NCBI GenBank assembly: GCA_013335095.1
Contig: JAAXWF010000001.1
Span: 150,797 to 214,796, forward strand
Direction of reading: 5' to 3'
DNA: 64,000 nucleotides
Origin: a candidate division WWE3 bacterium
Lineage (GTDB): Bacteria; Patescibacteriota; 4484-211; GCA-002791395
The translations under genes and the position numbers were made by a program. Positions within the stretch are counted from its first letter, which is position 1, and the number at the start of each line of letters is the position of its first letter. Positions 40,181 through 50,921 of the stretch are shown here, piece after piece. The notes under the pieces are model-generated. The model was not told the DNA's origin, ran no database searches, and saw nothing but the letters and a program-made list of their open reading frames with translations.

Positions 40181-41460
40181 TTGCGCTTTGGCATCTTAAT
40201 CTTTAGGGTAAAAATTTTATCGGAAGAAAATATCTTTGCTGCAATTATTACAAATACCGTAAACACGATTATTTCATACAGCACCCCAAACAATACCAAA
40301 TCAGAGCGACCTAAAAATATGTTTGGTATAGCCTGAAATGGATGAGTAAAAGGTATTGCTAAAAGCGCATACCGTAATACGGGTGCGGCGCTGTACACAT
40401 CTATAAACATTGATGAAAAGTACGAAAACAAGACAAACACCATTAACGGAGTAGTGACCCCCTGCACGGCTTTTACATCTTCAGCAAAACTACCTAGTAT
40501 TATCGAAATTGCGAGTGCGCACAGTATCGCACCAAATAAAGAACCGCCAATTAAAAGAAAGTCAGTCGACGTTAACGATAAACCTAATTGGCTAATTGCT
40601 GATTGCAATCGATCTGATGAAGCCATTGATAAAGCACCGCCAGATATTCCATCAATGTAGGATTGAAGACCAAACATGTACGCACCAGCCAGAAGCAAGG
40701 CAACGAGTCCAGCACCTAACATCTTCGAACTAACGATCATCGTCCGACTTACCGGCGTACTTAAAAGTGTTTCAAGTGTTTTGTTCTCTTTTTCGGCGGC
40801 AATAGCGGATGCAATCATTTGAGATGACATGACGATCACCATGAACATAATAATTGGAATGAAATTGGCTTGAGAGGTTACGTATCCTAAAATTTCTGAT
40901 GGAGTAATCGTTGCCTTTTTATCTCCAATAACCACATGATCAACCGGAATAATCGGGTTTTTTAGTTCTGTAACCGAGGCAGAAGGAATTTGCTGAGAAA
41001 TAAGCTCATTACTAATAGTCTGATTAATGCCTTCCATGGAACTAGCCAGCAGCGCATACTGTGAGCTCGATCCAAACGAAAAGCTGTTCATTAATGAGTA
41101 TGTTTCGACTGTCGCTGGCTTCAATTGACTCAGGTTCTCATTAAAGTTATCTGGAATAATAATTACCATTCGAGCCTCCTGCTCACGAGCTCGTTGTAAT
41201 GCATCGTCAATAGAATGACTTTCGTCCATCGATACAATAAAGGCACCAACTTTGAGTAATTCAACTAATTTTGTCGATTCGGAAGATTTGTCGTTATCGA
41301 TAATAATTAGTTTTTGTGGTTGTTGGCTTTTTTCAATTTCTGAACGACTTACATTTCCTAACACCATAAAAACAGCAACCATGATTAAAAATGGAATCAA
41401 CATTTGAAGCGTCAACAATTCTCTAATCTCTTTTTTAACTAAAATATAAAATAATTTCAT
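40177..41460 (-). CDS. ABC-2 transporter permease (NatB-like)
   Basis: KKEIRE, EKENKTLETLLSTPVSR...K, multiple TM. Confidence 0.88.
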   Translation of the reverse strand: MKLFYILVKKEIRELLTLQMLIPFLIMVAVFMVLGNVSRSEIEKSQQPQKLIIIDNDKSSESTKLVELLKVGAFIVSMDESHSIDDALQRAREQEARMVIIIPDNFNENLSQLKPATVETYSLMNSFSFGSSSQYALLASSMEGINQTISNELISQQIPSASVTELKNPIIPVDHVVIGDKKATITPSEILGYVTSQANFIPIIMFMVIVMSSQMIASAIAAEKENKTLETLLSTPVSRTMIVSSKMLGAGLVALLLAGAYMFGLQSYIDGISGGALSMASSDRLQSAISQLGLSLTSTDFLLIGGSLFGAILCALAISIILGSFAEDVKAVQGVTTPLMVFVLFSYFSSMFIDVYSAAPVLRYALLAIPFTHPFQAIPNIFLGRSDLVLFGVLYEIIVFTVFVIIAAKIFSSDKIFTLKIKMPKRN

Positions 41461-42194
41461 TTTGTTGTGCTTGTAATTGCGGCAAATACCTCTTCAAGAT
41501 TTGCGGCATTGTACTGTTGTTTTAATTCCTGAGGCGTTCCGATAGCATGAATGGTTCCCTGACTAATAATCCCGACACGATCAGACAAATATTCGATCTC
41601 AAGCATATTGTGGCTCGATAACAAAACCGTCATTCCATTCTTAACTAATGATTTAATAGTGCGACGAATCTCTAATGCATTAATGACATCAAGACCGCTC
41701 GTAGGCTCATCAAGTATCGCTAATTTAGGTTTGGTCATCACAGTTCGTGCCAGTAAAACTTTTCGGGTCATACCCTTACTGTATGTTTTGATTTTATCCT
41801 TTAAACGATCCCCTAACCCCGATATTTCTTCACCCATACTGATAAATTCTTTAAGTTGATTAGTATCCTGCGTAAAAAGAGATCCCATAAAATGCAGATA
41901 GTCGCGACCCGACATATTTTTATAAGCGCCAGCTTCTTCCGGTAAATAACTTATTACACGCCTGACTTCTTGTGATTCTTTTATTCCATCATGACCAAAC
42001 ACATCAATGCTGCCTGATGTTGGGCTAAGAAGTGTCGCAATCATACGCAGTGTAGTCGATTTACCCGCTCCATTTGGACCGATTAATGCGAATATTTCAT
42101 TTGGTTTAATTGAAAAACTAATCGAATTGACCGCCACGATCCCGCCATAGGATTTGTGTAAATCATTTACTTGAACAGCAAAATTTGAAGACAT
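41457..42194 (-). CDS. ABC transporter ATP-binding protein (NatA-like)
   Basis: GPNGAGKST, YSKGM, LDEPTSGLD, SSH. Confidence 0.93.
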   Translation of the reverse strand: MSSNFAVQVNDLHKSYGGIVAVNSISFSIKPNEIFALIGPNGAGKSTTLRMIATLLSPTSGSIDVFGHDGIKESQEVRRVISYLPEEAGAYKNMSGRDYLHFMGSLFTQDTNQLKEFISMGEEISGLGDRLKDKIKTYSKGMTRKVLLARTVMTKPKLAILDEPTSGLDVINALEIRRTIKSLVKNGMTVLLSSHNMLEIEYLSDRVGIISQGTIHAIGTPQELKQQYNAANLEEVFAAITSTTK

Positions 42195-42226
42195 AACAGA
42201 GACTATTGTACACCTTACACTATTTA

Positions 42227-42307
42227 CTATTTCTTAATATAAGCAACTACCGCCTTTGTACCAACCCTAACGAATCTCCCCACAACATAGTATCGACGCC
42301 GGCTCAT
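42227..42307 (-). CDS. Putative 26-aa cationic peptide MSRRRYYVVGRFVRVGTKAVVAYIKK
   Basis: TAAGGAG SD 9 nt upstream; ATGA overlap with the stop of the preceding 49-aa ORF. Confidence 0.35.
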   Translation of the reverse strand: MSRRRYYVVGRFVRVGTKAVVAYIKK

Positions 42308-42453
42308 GTAGAAACACTCCTTAACGGCTTTAGGTATTCCGACTGTCCCCACGTTCGATAAGCCATCTCATACACGCCTGAGTAATACCAGGCATCTGCG
42401 CCTGTACCATCAGTAGTAGTGTAGGCCACAGCCAAGTTCATCGTACTATTCAT
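42304..42453 (-). CDS. Putative 49-aa peptide MNSTMNLAVAYTTTDGTGADAWYYSGVYEMAYRTWGQSEYLKPLRSVST
   Basis: ATG-initiated frame filling a 330-bp gap in an otherwise compact genome; stop overlaps the next ATG. Confidence 0.35.
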   Translation of the reverse strand: MNSTMNLAVAYTTTDGTGADAWYYSGVYEMAYRTWGQSEYLKPLRSVST

Positions 42454-42527
42454 AGATAATCTGGAATATTGCCCTACAGTTTAATAGTACCGATGGAAAA
42501 AGATGTCTACAAGTAACAATTCGACAG

Positions 42528-43070
42528 CTAAACCTGAACCTCTAAATCAGAAGCGTGAGTTCGACCTCCCTGCCACTGACCTCGGTAGGTATTTGTCCCA
42601 CCTTTTACCTCATAAAACATAGCGTGGACTATTCTGGCACCCATCTCAAGGGTGAATGGAAGGGGACCGACATTAATAAGACCAAAGCTAAGCTCACCCG
42701 AATATCCTGGTGAAGCATTCCCGGTAAAAAGTGTTACACCCGATCGATATAACGTTGATCGAGGCCGAAAAAGTGCAAGAATATTAATCGGAAGATTTAC
42801 TTTTTCTATTGTCGTTACGAGATAATATCGATGGGGCTCAATTGTTACCGGCTGTACTTCATCGGCATTATATTCTGCAATTAACTCAACATCAGCGGTA
42901 CGACGTTCTTCAATGCCCAAATAACCTCCACCTTTTGAAAGTATTTGAATTTTACCGACGCGAAGGTCAAAACCTGCTCCCTCTGGATTTTCTAGTTCTC
43001 TTTGGGAAAGATTTTCGACAAGGTTATGGCTGGATACAAGCTCTAACAAGTAATCAGTACCTAGAATCAT
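42528..43070 (-). CDS. dcd: dCTP deaminase / trimeric dUTPase-family protein (start revised to 43070)
   Basis: GFDLRVG, PRSTLYRSG, PGYSGEL, GARI, YRGQWQGG. Confidence 0.85.
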   Translation of the reverse strand: MILGTDYLLELVSSHNLVENLSQRELENPEGAGFDLRVGKIQILSKGGGYLGIEERRTADVELIAEYNADEVQPVTIEPHRYYLVTTIEKVNLPINILALFRPRSTLYRSGVTLFTGNASPGYSGELSFGLINVGPLPFTLEMGARIVHAMFYEVKGGTNTYRGQWQGGRTHASDLEVQV

Positions 43071-43133
43071 TCTATTATAATAACAGGAGGTACACCAATT
43101 GCACCAAGTCATAAAATACTCTATGCTTTAATT

Positions 43134-44438
43134 ATGCAAGAAGAACTACAAAGTAGACATTTTAGCGGTAAACAAAAACTAATCGCAATACTAGCATTAG
43201 TGGTGCTTATAGCTGGAGGGATTGGAGTAGTTGTCTTGATGAAAGTAAAACCACCGATAACTCCCGTTCCGATAACCACAACCCCAACTCCCACAACAGC
43301 ATTAACAACAACCACCCCAGCTGTCTCAACAGCAATAACAGCGACTTCGACCCCTATCCCGACAATCGCAGCTGATACCAATCTATACTATTCAACAACC
43401 AATAAATCGAGCCAATCAGGATCATTTTCGATTCGTCGGATTAATTCAAATGCCAGTATTGCACCAGAAGAGGTATTTCAATTTCCATCAAAATATTATT
43501 ACAACGGACGCTATCGTATTGAACCGGAATTATTAGTTAGCACAGGCAGCAAGTTATTAACACTAAACATGATCAATAGAACCGGTACGACGGTATTTGA
43601 TCTACAAACCCCCTCATTAGAGATGAATAGTGCGTTGTATGACGATACGAATAATGTGATCTACTATGTTTTATCGAATATCGGTGCAACTTCGGGCTTA
43701 CCAGATAACGAATTATGGCAATACGATTTAAATACGCATCAATCCGAAATGTTAACAAGTAAAAAACTTACTGTTTTTACAAAATGGACATTACTGGCAA
43801 AGATGCGGACGAATGACTTGATTATTCTTGAAAAAGGTATCGATGGAACAAAAGTATATGGTGACCTCCTGTTAATTAGTCGAAAAAGCCCATCCCAACA
43901 TAAGGTAGTTGAAAGAGACAACGATATGCTACTAAATGGTCATTTAAATCCCGCCAAAGATACCTGGCTTTATCAGACGTGTCCGTATTATAACCAGACC
44001 GCAGTAGGATACGAATGCGCCGAAGGAGAACAACTCATGAAGTATTCCTTGGGCGGAAAACAACGCATCCGTTTATATCAAAACACCGAAACGACAGCAA
44101 ACGCTGCCGACCAACCCAAGCGACGAACAATATCATCAAGCTATTGGCTTGACGATAATAACGTTTTATTCACCCAGACGGACGGAATATATTCGCTCAA
44201 TATTGATAGTAAAGTTCTGACACCAAAAAAAATCTACTCATTTGAACTTACAAACTTAGATGAACAGTTTAAAGCTCACCCAATAATTAGATATGCTGAT
44301 TTTGATCAAATAATTTATGAGTATTCAAACCCTGACGCCCAACTATATCGATATAATATGCTTAGTGGCGTATCGCTCCCGCTCAATGATTCAATTAAGC
44401 CCGAAGAAGTGACCTCTTTCTTTAGAGTTCGAACTTAA
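43134..44438 (+). CDS. Membrane-anchored extracellular protein with Pro/Thr stalk and possible beta-propeller
   Basis: N-terminal TM, TTTPTPTT linker, repeated aromatic beta-strand motifs. Confidence 0.7.
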   Translation: MQEELQSRHFSGKQKLIAILALVVLIAGGIGVVVLMKVKPPITPVPITTTPTPTTALTTTTPAVSTAITATSTPIPTIAADTNLYYSTTNKSSQSGSFSIRRINSNASIAPEEVFQFPSKYYYNGRYRIEPELLVSTGSKLLTLNMINRTGTTVFDLQTPSLEMNSALYDDTNNVIYYVLSNIGATSGLPDNELWQYDLNTHQSEMLTSKKLTVFTKWTLLAKMRTNDLIILEKGIDGTKVYGDLLLISRKSPSQHKVVERDNDMLLNGHLNPAKDTWLYQTCPYYNQTAVGYECAEGEQLMKYSLGGKQRIRLYQNTETTANAADQPKRRTISSSYWLDDNNVLFTQTDGIYSLNIDSKVLTPKKIYSFELTNLDEQFKAHPIIRYADFDQIIYEYSNPDAQLYRYNMLSGVSLPLNDSIKPEEVTSFFRVRT

Positions 44439-44506
44439 CAATTCAGGGTATCAAATACCTAACAGTGGTCTAAATTACGCATATATTTGATATTTCTGGT
44501 AAACTC

Positions 44507-45100
44507 ATGTACGTGTCAAAGACAATATTCTACCTTTCTGGCATGCCGGGTACAGGCAAGACATCATTGGTACGTAATTTGCGTCACTATGGATTTGAAG
44601 TCATGGATGAACTCGTCGATGGCTTTCCTTTTAAAGTAGACCAAAATCCACGAAGCTTTGAAACAGCACAGTATATTTTTACACAAAACGTTAAACGGAA
44701 TTCACGCATCTTAGAGTCTGATCATGAAGTTATTATTGTTGATCGACACCCGATTGATAGCCTACTTATTGCAAAAGCCCTGCTACAGAATGAATTACAT
44801 ATCCGCGTAATCGAAGATCAATATCTGTCTTTTCCTTTTCTACCAGGGACGATAATCTGTCTACATCCACACGATACGTACCACAATCAATCATACTTAC
44901 AACAACTTTCTGAGACAGACCAAAATTTAATGAATGATATTCTTCGTGTCTATAGCAATTATGATCATTACATAAATGCCCATACTCATATAAAAAACGA
45001 TGCTGATTCAATCGATTCTGTTAACGAAGTACTAGACATCATACGCAAAACGCTCGTAGAAGAACACTTCTATCAATATCCCCAACCGAGTTATTTTTAA
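44507..45100 (+). CDS. P-loop NTPase, nucleoside/nucleotide kinase-like
   Basis: GMPGTGKT Walker A at N-terminus; IIVDRH resembling the DR motif of dNMP kinases. Confidence 0.7.
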   Translation: MYVSKTIFYLSGMPGTGKTSLVRNLRHYGFEVMDELVDGFPFKVDQNPRSFETAQYIFTQNVKRNSRILESDHEVIIVDRHPIDSLLIAKALLQNELHIRVIEDQYLSFPFLPGTIICLHPHDTYHNQSYLQQLSETDQNLMNDILRVYSNYDHYINAHTHIKNDADSIDSVNEVLDIIRKTLVEEHFYQYPQPSYF

Positions 45101-45101
45101 C

Positions 45102-45170
45102 GATAGTAATTTTCCGACGAAAGTATTATCTAGTTTTTTAGGGGAATTAACAATTAATCTAAAAGACTAG
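45102..45170. terminator. Tandem hairpins between convergent genes
   Basis: GATAGTAATTTTC-cgac-GAAAGTATTATC followed by a T-run, and CTAGTTTTTTAG...CTAAAAGACTAG. Confidence 0.5.
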
Positions 45171-45188
45171 CTGGAGGGAATTTACCAT

Positions 45189-47837
45189 CTAACGCTTCTT
45201 TTGCATATTTGCCAGATGTTCAGAGGTATTCACCAATCCACAATTCTTCCACTTTTTCCCACTCCCACAAGGGCAAGGATCGTTACGTGAAATTGTTTTT
45301 TCTTCTTTCGATAATTGAATTGGTTCTGTTGATTGATTCGGTTCATTAATTTGATTACGAATTGGTGTAGTTTCTTGTTTGGGTGTTTCGAATTGATTTA
45401 ATTCTTCATGTTTCTCATTCGCTTTTTCCAAAATATTGTCCGATTTCATTTCTATCGGCTGGGATATCTGAACACGCAGATTATAAAACCGACTTACGAT
45501 TTCGGTATCAATATCATAAATAAGTCGCTCAAATAATCGATACGCCTCATTCTTGAACTCAACCAATGGGTCGCGCTGACCGTATCCACGAAGCCCAATC
45601 CCCGCTCGAAGTTCATCAAGACGATCGATATGCTCCATCCACAGCTGGTCAATAGTATTAAGGAATATAAAACGCAAAACCCCACCAAATTGAGCTGGAC
45701 CTAACAATTGTTTTTTGTCTTCTAGGTTCTTTTCAAACTCAGGAAACTGTTCAATCAATGGTTCGGCCTTATTGCGAAGCTCTGTCTCTAACGAATTTCC
45801 TTCCTGTGTATCAATTTGTTCGCCTAAATCCAATAGCCGACGGCGGCGGCGGTAAATAATCTCACGTTGTTTATTGATCACGTCATCATATTCAACAAGA
45901 TGTTTACGAATATCAAAGTTGTAGCCCTCAACCTTTTGCTGTGCACTTTCAATCGATCGGCTAACAATCGCATGCTCAATCGGAATATCATCAGGAAGAT
46001 TAAATCGATCCATTAACGCCGCTATGCGGTCACCATTAAAAATACGCATGAGGTTATCATCGAGCGCGACAAAAAATCTTGATGATCCAGGATCACCTTG
46101 TCTTCCTGCCCGTCCTCGGAGCTGATTATCAATACGTCTTGATTCATGCCGTTCAGTACCAATCACATGTAAGCCGCCCATTTCTTTTACTCCATTGCCG
46201 AGCTTAATATCGGTTCCTCGGCCTGCCATATTGGTTGCAACGGTTACGGATCCAGGTCGTCCTGCCTGAGAAATAATATCAGCCTCACGCTCGTGGTTTT
46301 TAGCGTTCAATACTTCATGTCTGATTCCCCTGCGATTCAAGAGCTGACTAACGAGCTCATTATTTTCTACAGATGTGGTACCAACAAGTATGGGTTGACC
46401 AGTTGAATGAATACCGGCAATTTCATCGGCAATAGCCTTCCATTTTGCCCTTTGATTTTTATAAATTCGATCAGGATAATCTTTTCGAACGGTAGTTCTA
46501 TGTGTTGGTACAGATACGGAATTGAGCTTATAAATCTTATGGAATTCTTCTGATTCGGTTAAGATTGTCGCACTCATACCGGCAAGTTTTTCATACAGTC
46601 GAAAGTAATTCTGAAACGTGATAGTCGCAACTGTTTTACTTTCCTTTTGAATCGCAACTCCCTCTTTGGCTTCAATCGCCTGATGTAGCCCTTCAGAATA
46701 ACGGCGCCCTTCCATTAATCGCCCAGTGAATTCATCGACAATAACCACCTGATCATTTTGAACGACATAATCGATATCTTTTTTATATACAAATTCAGCC
46801 TTTAATGCCTGTTCCAAATGGTGAGCATACATAAAATCTTCATAGACATTCTCAATCCCGAGCCACTTCTCGATTTTCTTAACCCCTAGGTCTAAAAGAA
46901 ATGCACTACGACTTTTTTCATCGAGCTTGTAATCTTCGGCGTTCAATTTCTTTACTAATCCAGAAAAGGTTTGATATAACTCATTCGATTCTTCGGCAGG
47001 TGAAGAGATAATAAGTGGAGTTCGTGCTTCATCAATTAATATCGAATCGACTTCATCTACGATGGCAAAATGATGAACTCCGACTTCGCCGCGGGAGTTT
47101 ACCTGGGCAACCTGATCTCGAGAATGAACCATATTGTCACGCAAATAGTCGAAACCAAATTCATTATTAGTACCATACGTAACATCGGCGGCATACGCAT
47201 CACGACGAGAGACCTCTTTCAGAAACTTACCATGTCCAAATGGGAATTCTCTCCAATTACCTGATTCTGGTTTTAAGGAATCAATCTGGGTTGAATCAAA
47301 AAGATAGGAGACTCCATTTGAATTAATACAACCGACACTAACACCGAGCAAAGAATACACAAGACCCATCCACTCAGCATCACGACGAGCCAGATAATCA
47401 TTCACCGTCACAAGATGAGCACCACGACCGGTAAGCGAATTTAAATACATGGGATGAACGCCCGCATGAGTTTTACCTTCGCCAGTTTTCTGTTCGGCAG
47501 CGTTACCTTGATGCAATAGGATACCAACCATTAACTGTTCATCATACGATCGCTCATTAAAAATACGTCGAAAGGCTTCTCGAACTAACGAAAACGCTTC
47601 TGGAAGATATCCATCTAGAAGAATCTGTTCTTCCGATCGATAATCGGGTGCCTGGAGGTCAAGAGAGTTGAGACCATCGCGTACTCGCTGTTTTAATTCT
47701 TGAGAAAGACTTGTAATTTCCAAGTCGGAGTACTTTTGTAAACCTGATTCAAACGCATTTATTCGAGCTACGATTGGTTTTAATTGATTTACTTTACGTT
47801 GATTTGGGTCGAACCAACGGTTGATCTTATCGAGCAT
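45189..47837 (-). CDS. secA: Preprotein translocase ATPase SecA
   Basis: TGEGKT, VTVNDYLARRD, DEVDSILIDEARTPLIIS, ATNMAGRGTDI, C-terminal CPCGSGKKWKNC. Confidence 0.98.
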   Translation of the reverse strand: MLDKINRWFDPNQRKVNQLKPIVARINAFESGLQKYSDLEITSLSQELKQRVRDGLNSLDLQAPDYRSEEQILLDGYLPEAFSLVREAFRRIFNERSYDEQLMVGILLHQGNAAEQKTGEGKTHAGVHPMYLNSLTGRGAHLVTVNDYLARRDAEWMGLVYSLLGVSVGCINSNGVSYLFDSTQIDSLKPESGNWREFPFGHGKFLKEVSRRDAYAADVTYGTNNEFGFDYLRDNMVHSRDQVAQVNSRGEVGVHHFAIVDEVDSILIDEARTPLIISSPAEESNELYQTFSGLVKKLNAEDYKLDEKSRSAFLLDLGVKKIEKWLGIENVYEDFMYAHHLEQALKAEFVYKKDIDYVVQNDQVVIVDEFTGRLMEGRRYSEGLHQAIEAKEGVAIQKESKTVATITFQNYFRLYEKLAGMSATILTESEEFHKIYKLNSVSVPTHRTTVRKDYPDRIYKNQRAKWKAIADEIAGIHSTGQPILVGTTSVENNELVSQLLNRRGIRHEVLNAKNHEREADIISQAGRPGSVTVATNMAGRGTDIKLGNGVKEMGGLHVIGTERHESRRIDNQLRGRAGRQGDPGSSRFFVALDDNLMRIFNGDRIAALMDRFNLPDDIPIEHAIVSRSIESAQQKVEGYNFDIRKHLVEYDDVINKQREIIYRRRRRLLDLGEQIDTQEGNSLETELRNKAEPLIEQFPEFEKNLEDKKQLLGPAQFGGVLRFIFLNTIDQLWMEHIDRLDELRAGIGLRGYGQRDPLVEFKNEAYRLFERLIYDIDTEIVSRFYNLRVQISQPIEMKSDNILEKANEKHEELNQFETPKQETTPIRNQINEPNQSTEPIQLSKEEKTISRNDPCPCGSGKKWKNCGLVNTSEHLANMQKKR

Positions 47838-47916
47838 ATGTTTGTAATTGTAACATCACCCCCCAAGAGAAACCTGATATATTGCTGAACAATAAGCCGA
47901 GTAATAAAATGAACAC

Positions 47917-48282
47917 ATGATTGGGTATTGGATGAAAAAATCACCGTTTAGGACCCGCCAAATACTTATTGGCATATTATTATTTTACCTACCGGTTTTA
48001 GTCATCGCTGCATTATCTATATTCTTAGGTTTTATCACCCTAGCTTGGAATGAAGGCCATACATCATATTCGTATTGGGGAGCGCTATGGTTAACGATGT
48101 TCGCATTATGGACATTTATATTAGGTATGATTAATACACAACACTTACTATTAAAACCCGATGAGGATACCCATAAGAAATTGATTTTTTGGACATTTAC
48201 GCTCACTCCTGCAGTTTTTCTATTCGGAGCAACATTTATATCATTAATCTCGGACTTCTTTAGCAACGGGTGGTATTTATGA
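47917..48282 (+). CDS. Hypothetical membrane protein (3 TM)
   Basis: Hydrophobic ORF; TAAAAT 6 nt before ATG; ATGA-coupled to the next ORF. Confidence 0.6.
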   Translation: MIGYWMKKSPFRTRQILIGILLFYLPVLVIAALSIFLGFITLAWNEGHTSYSYWGALWLTMFALWTFILGMINTQHLLLKPDEDTHKKLIFWTFTLTPAVFLFGATFISLISDFFSNGWYL

Positions 48283-48560
48283 ATAAACCAAGTTTCAAAT
48301 TACTGGCTATATTTCTAGTTTTAATAATCTCATCGTATTTCATCGTCCATTACTTATTCTTTTTAAACAAAGGTATGCCCTATTCCCTCAACTCCATGAC
48401 GGCAATATCATATTTAATTATGGTCTACCATTATATCCTTGCTGCAATCTTAATATTACGTCTACTTCCTTCAGAATTGAGTAAGTATCAAGATACGTCA
48501 GTCGCGATACTTATAATATGGTTTATTTGTATGCATGCGGTACTGTTAATACCATCATGA
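48279..48560 (+). CDS. Hypothetical membrane protein (3 TM; start revised)
   Basis: ATGA overlaps at both ends; hydrophobic. Confidence 0.6.
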   Translation: MNKPSFKLLAIFLVLIISSYFIVHYLFFLNKGMPYSLNSMTAISYLIMVYHYILAAILILRLLPSELSKYQDTSVAILIIWFICMHAVLLIPS

Positions 48561-50458
48561 CAATAAAATTACCAAGACGAATTAGAATCATCAGCATATT
48601 AAGCACAACGCTCGTATTACTGGCATTAATTAGTTCTGCGCGGCCGACACAAGCAAAGGAGTACTCTATTTCGGCAGATCAATTCGATGTTCAAATTAAT
48701 TCAGATAAATCTGTATCGATTCAAGAATACCTTACGTATACCTTTGATGGATCTTTTTCATGGGCCGAGATGTGGATTCCAACTCAAGCCAATCGATTAG
48801 GAAATATTTATAGTACCGAAATTACCGACTTTACCATCAGCGCGGCTGATGGATCACTTGTAACCGTCGATACGGCCGAGCAGCAAAACGATCGATTCTA
48901 TGCCCGATGGAGTTACTCGGCACAAGATGAACAAAAAATATTTGTCATTAACTATACCGTCGAAAATGCTATTCGAAAGTACCCAGATGTAGCCGAATGG
49001 TATTGGCAGCTAATCGGTCCAGACTGGAGTGTTCCCCACAATAATATTGATGTTACTGTGCACCTCCCTCAGCGAGTATCCAGTAAGGACATGATTAGCG
49101 TCTATGGCCATGGTCCACTAAACGGAAATTCAGAGATAATCGATACACAAACAGCTCGGTTTACCGCATCTTCTGTGGCATCGGGGCAATATATGGAAAT
49201 TCGCACAATATTTCCGACCTCGCAGATCATCGGAACAGTCGATGCAAATACCTCAATAACTCAAATTAAAAGTGAAGAGGCCACCTATGTTCAGCAGACG
49301 ATTGATGCAGCCAAACGGCAACAATTTATCAACCTGATGATTTCGCTTTATTTTTTGCTATTCGGCCCATTAGTATTAGTTATTTGGCTGTTCTGGTGGT
49401 ATAAAAAGTGGCAAATATATGGCAAAGAATCAAAATTTGCTGACATACCCGAGTACGTCCACGATATACCATCTTCATTAAGACCATCACAAGTAGAGGT
49501 ATTACTTTCACAAGGATCTAAGCCAACGACCGGAGCATTTACGGCAACTATTTTTGACTTAGCCGAGAGAGGTTTTATAAAAGTCGAAGATCATGTCGAA
49601 CAAGTCACGGGCTTATTATCGACATCACAAAAATATCACACAACCCTAATACTTCAAGAAAATTATCTGTCAATACATAGAGACGAATTGGTTCTCTTTG
49701 AACAGAAACTCATTGAGTTAATCTTTAACGACATAGGATCAGCTCCACCAAACCTATTTGAGCAACTATTTCAAGGAAAAAGAATCGATGATCCGTCACG
49801 ACAGGATAATCGGGTAACGCTCGATGAAATCAAGAAATGGTTAAAAGAGCACCCACAACAATTCCAAACTTGGTTTGAAGACTGGAAAAAGGACGTGGTG
49901 CAGGATACTGAAAAACAGAAGTTTATCGATCCAATGAGTCAACAGTTTTTTATACGGGCATGGGTAATTACTGTCTTGGTGGGGATACTTAGCCCGATGG
50001 TAATTTTTGCAGGTCTAATCTTAAATCGCTACCTAAAGCGCTGGGATCCTACGTGGGCAAAGGAATCGATACAGTGGCAGGGATTCAAGCATTTTCTTGA
50101 CGACTTTGCAAAATTCAAAGACTTACCACCTGAAAGTTATAAATTATGGGATCGATATCTCGTTTTCGGTATTCTTTTTGGCAATGCCCAGAAGATCATA
50201 AAAATGTTACCCGTTATTCTAGCAAATCCCCAAGCGACTCCAGCAACGTGGTACATAATAAATTCTCCAAACATGAATATCGCCTCGATGGCCACCACGG
50301 CCGATTCTATCAATCACTTATCCAATTCGTTAAATGTATTAACATCTGAACTTCAAACGGCATCAACAACAGCCGCTAATTATTCCTCTGGTAGTGGTGG
50401 TGGATTCTCGGGTGGTGGCGGAGGCGGCGGTGGCGGTGGCGGTGGTGGCGCGGGTTAA
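48557..50458 (+). CDS. DUF2207 family membrane protein (start revised)
   Basis: Signal peptide, EWYWQLIG.DW, HGP, ATIFDLAERGFI, W.GFK.FL, LWDRYL, Gly-rich C-terminus. Confidence 0.9.
   Translation: MTIKLPRRIRIISILSTTLVLLALISSARPTQAKEYSISADQFDVQINSDKSVSIQEYLTYTFDGSFSWAEMWIPTQANRLGNIYSTEITDFTISAADGSLVTVDTAEQQNDRFYARWSYSAQDEQKIFVINYTVENAIRKYPDVAEWYWQLIGPDWSVPHNNIDVTVHLPQRVSSKDMISVYGHGPLNGNSEIIDTQTARFTASSVASGQYMEIRTIFPTSQIIGTVDANTSITQIKSEEATYVQQTIDAAKRQQFINLMISLYFLLFGPLVLVIWLFWWYKKWQIYGKESKFADIPEYVHDIPSSLRPSQVEVLLSQGSKPTTGAFTATIFDLAERGFIKVEDHVEQVTGLLSTSQKYHTTLILQENYLSIHRDELVLFEQKLIELIFNDIGSAPPNLFEQLFQGKRIDDPSRQDNRVTLDEIKKWLKEHPQQFQTWFEDWKKDVVQDTEKQKFIDPMSQQFFIRAWVITVLVGILSPMVIFAGLILNRYLKRWDPTWAKESIQWQGFKHFLDDFAKFKDLPPESYKLWDRYLVFGILFGNAQKIIKMLPVILANPQATPATWYIINSPNMNIASMATTADSINHLSNSLNVLTSELQTASTTAANYSSGSGGGFSGGGGGGGGGGGGGAG
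50389..50455 (+). repeat. GGN codon repeat encoding the poly-Gly tail of DUF2207
   Basis: ggtggtggcggaggcggcggtggcggtggcggtggtggc, in frame. Confidence 0.8.
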
Positions 50459-50459
50459 C

Positions 50460-50921
50460 TTATGACTTTTCAGAATAAAAAAAACCGACACCAATAGCAC
50501 AAATAATACCAATAAAAGCCCCCACAATTACATCAATAGGTGAATGCACTAAGAGTAAAACCCGCCCAATCGCGACACATAAAGCAAGAAAAAGCATTAT
50601 CCCTCCAAGCTTATGTCGATCATCCCAGACAGTCGCCGCAAGCGTAAAAGCCCACGCAGCGTGGGCTGAAGGAAAAGAATCATTTATCCCAACAGAGACA
50701 CCGGGCAATAGATTTGTATGAAGGTCCACATAGGGACGAGATACAGGAATTAAAAATTTAATCATATAGACCACCGCAGTTGTTAACATAAACGAAAGTA
50801 GGGATCGCCAAAACACACGTCGATCATGTTGTAATCCGACAAAGGCAACGACAAGAAATTGAATAATAATAAGAACCTCCCCAAAAAGGAGAGCAATATA
50901 ATCCTGAAATGTTAACGTCAT
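50460..50921 (-). CDS. PAP2-family phosphatase (undecaprenyl-diphosphatase-like)
   Basis: K......RP, SFPSAH, R....H...D motifs; coupled to uppP. Confidence 0.9.
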   Translation of the reverse strand: MTLTFQDYIALLFGEVLIIIQFLVVAFVGLQHDRRVFWRSLLSFMLTTAVVYMIKFLIPVSRPYVDLHTNLLPGVSVGINDSFPSAHAAWAFTLAATVWDDRHKLGGIMLFLALCVAIGRVLLLVHSPIDVIVGAFIGIICAIGVGFFYSEKS

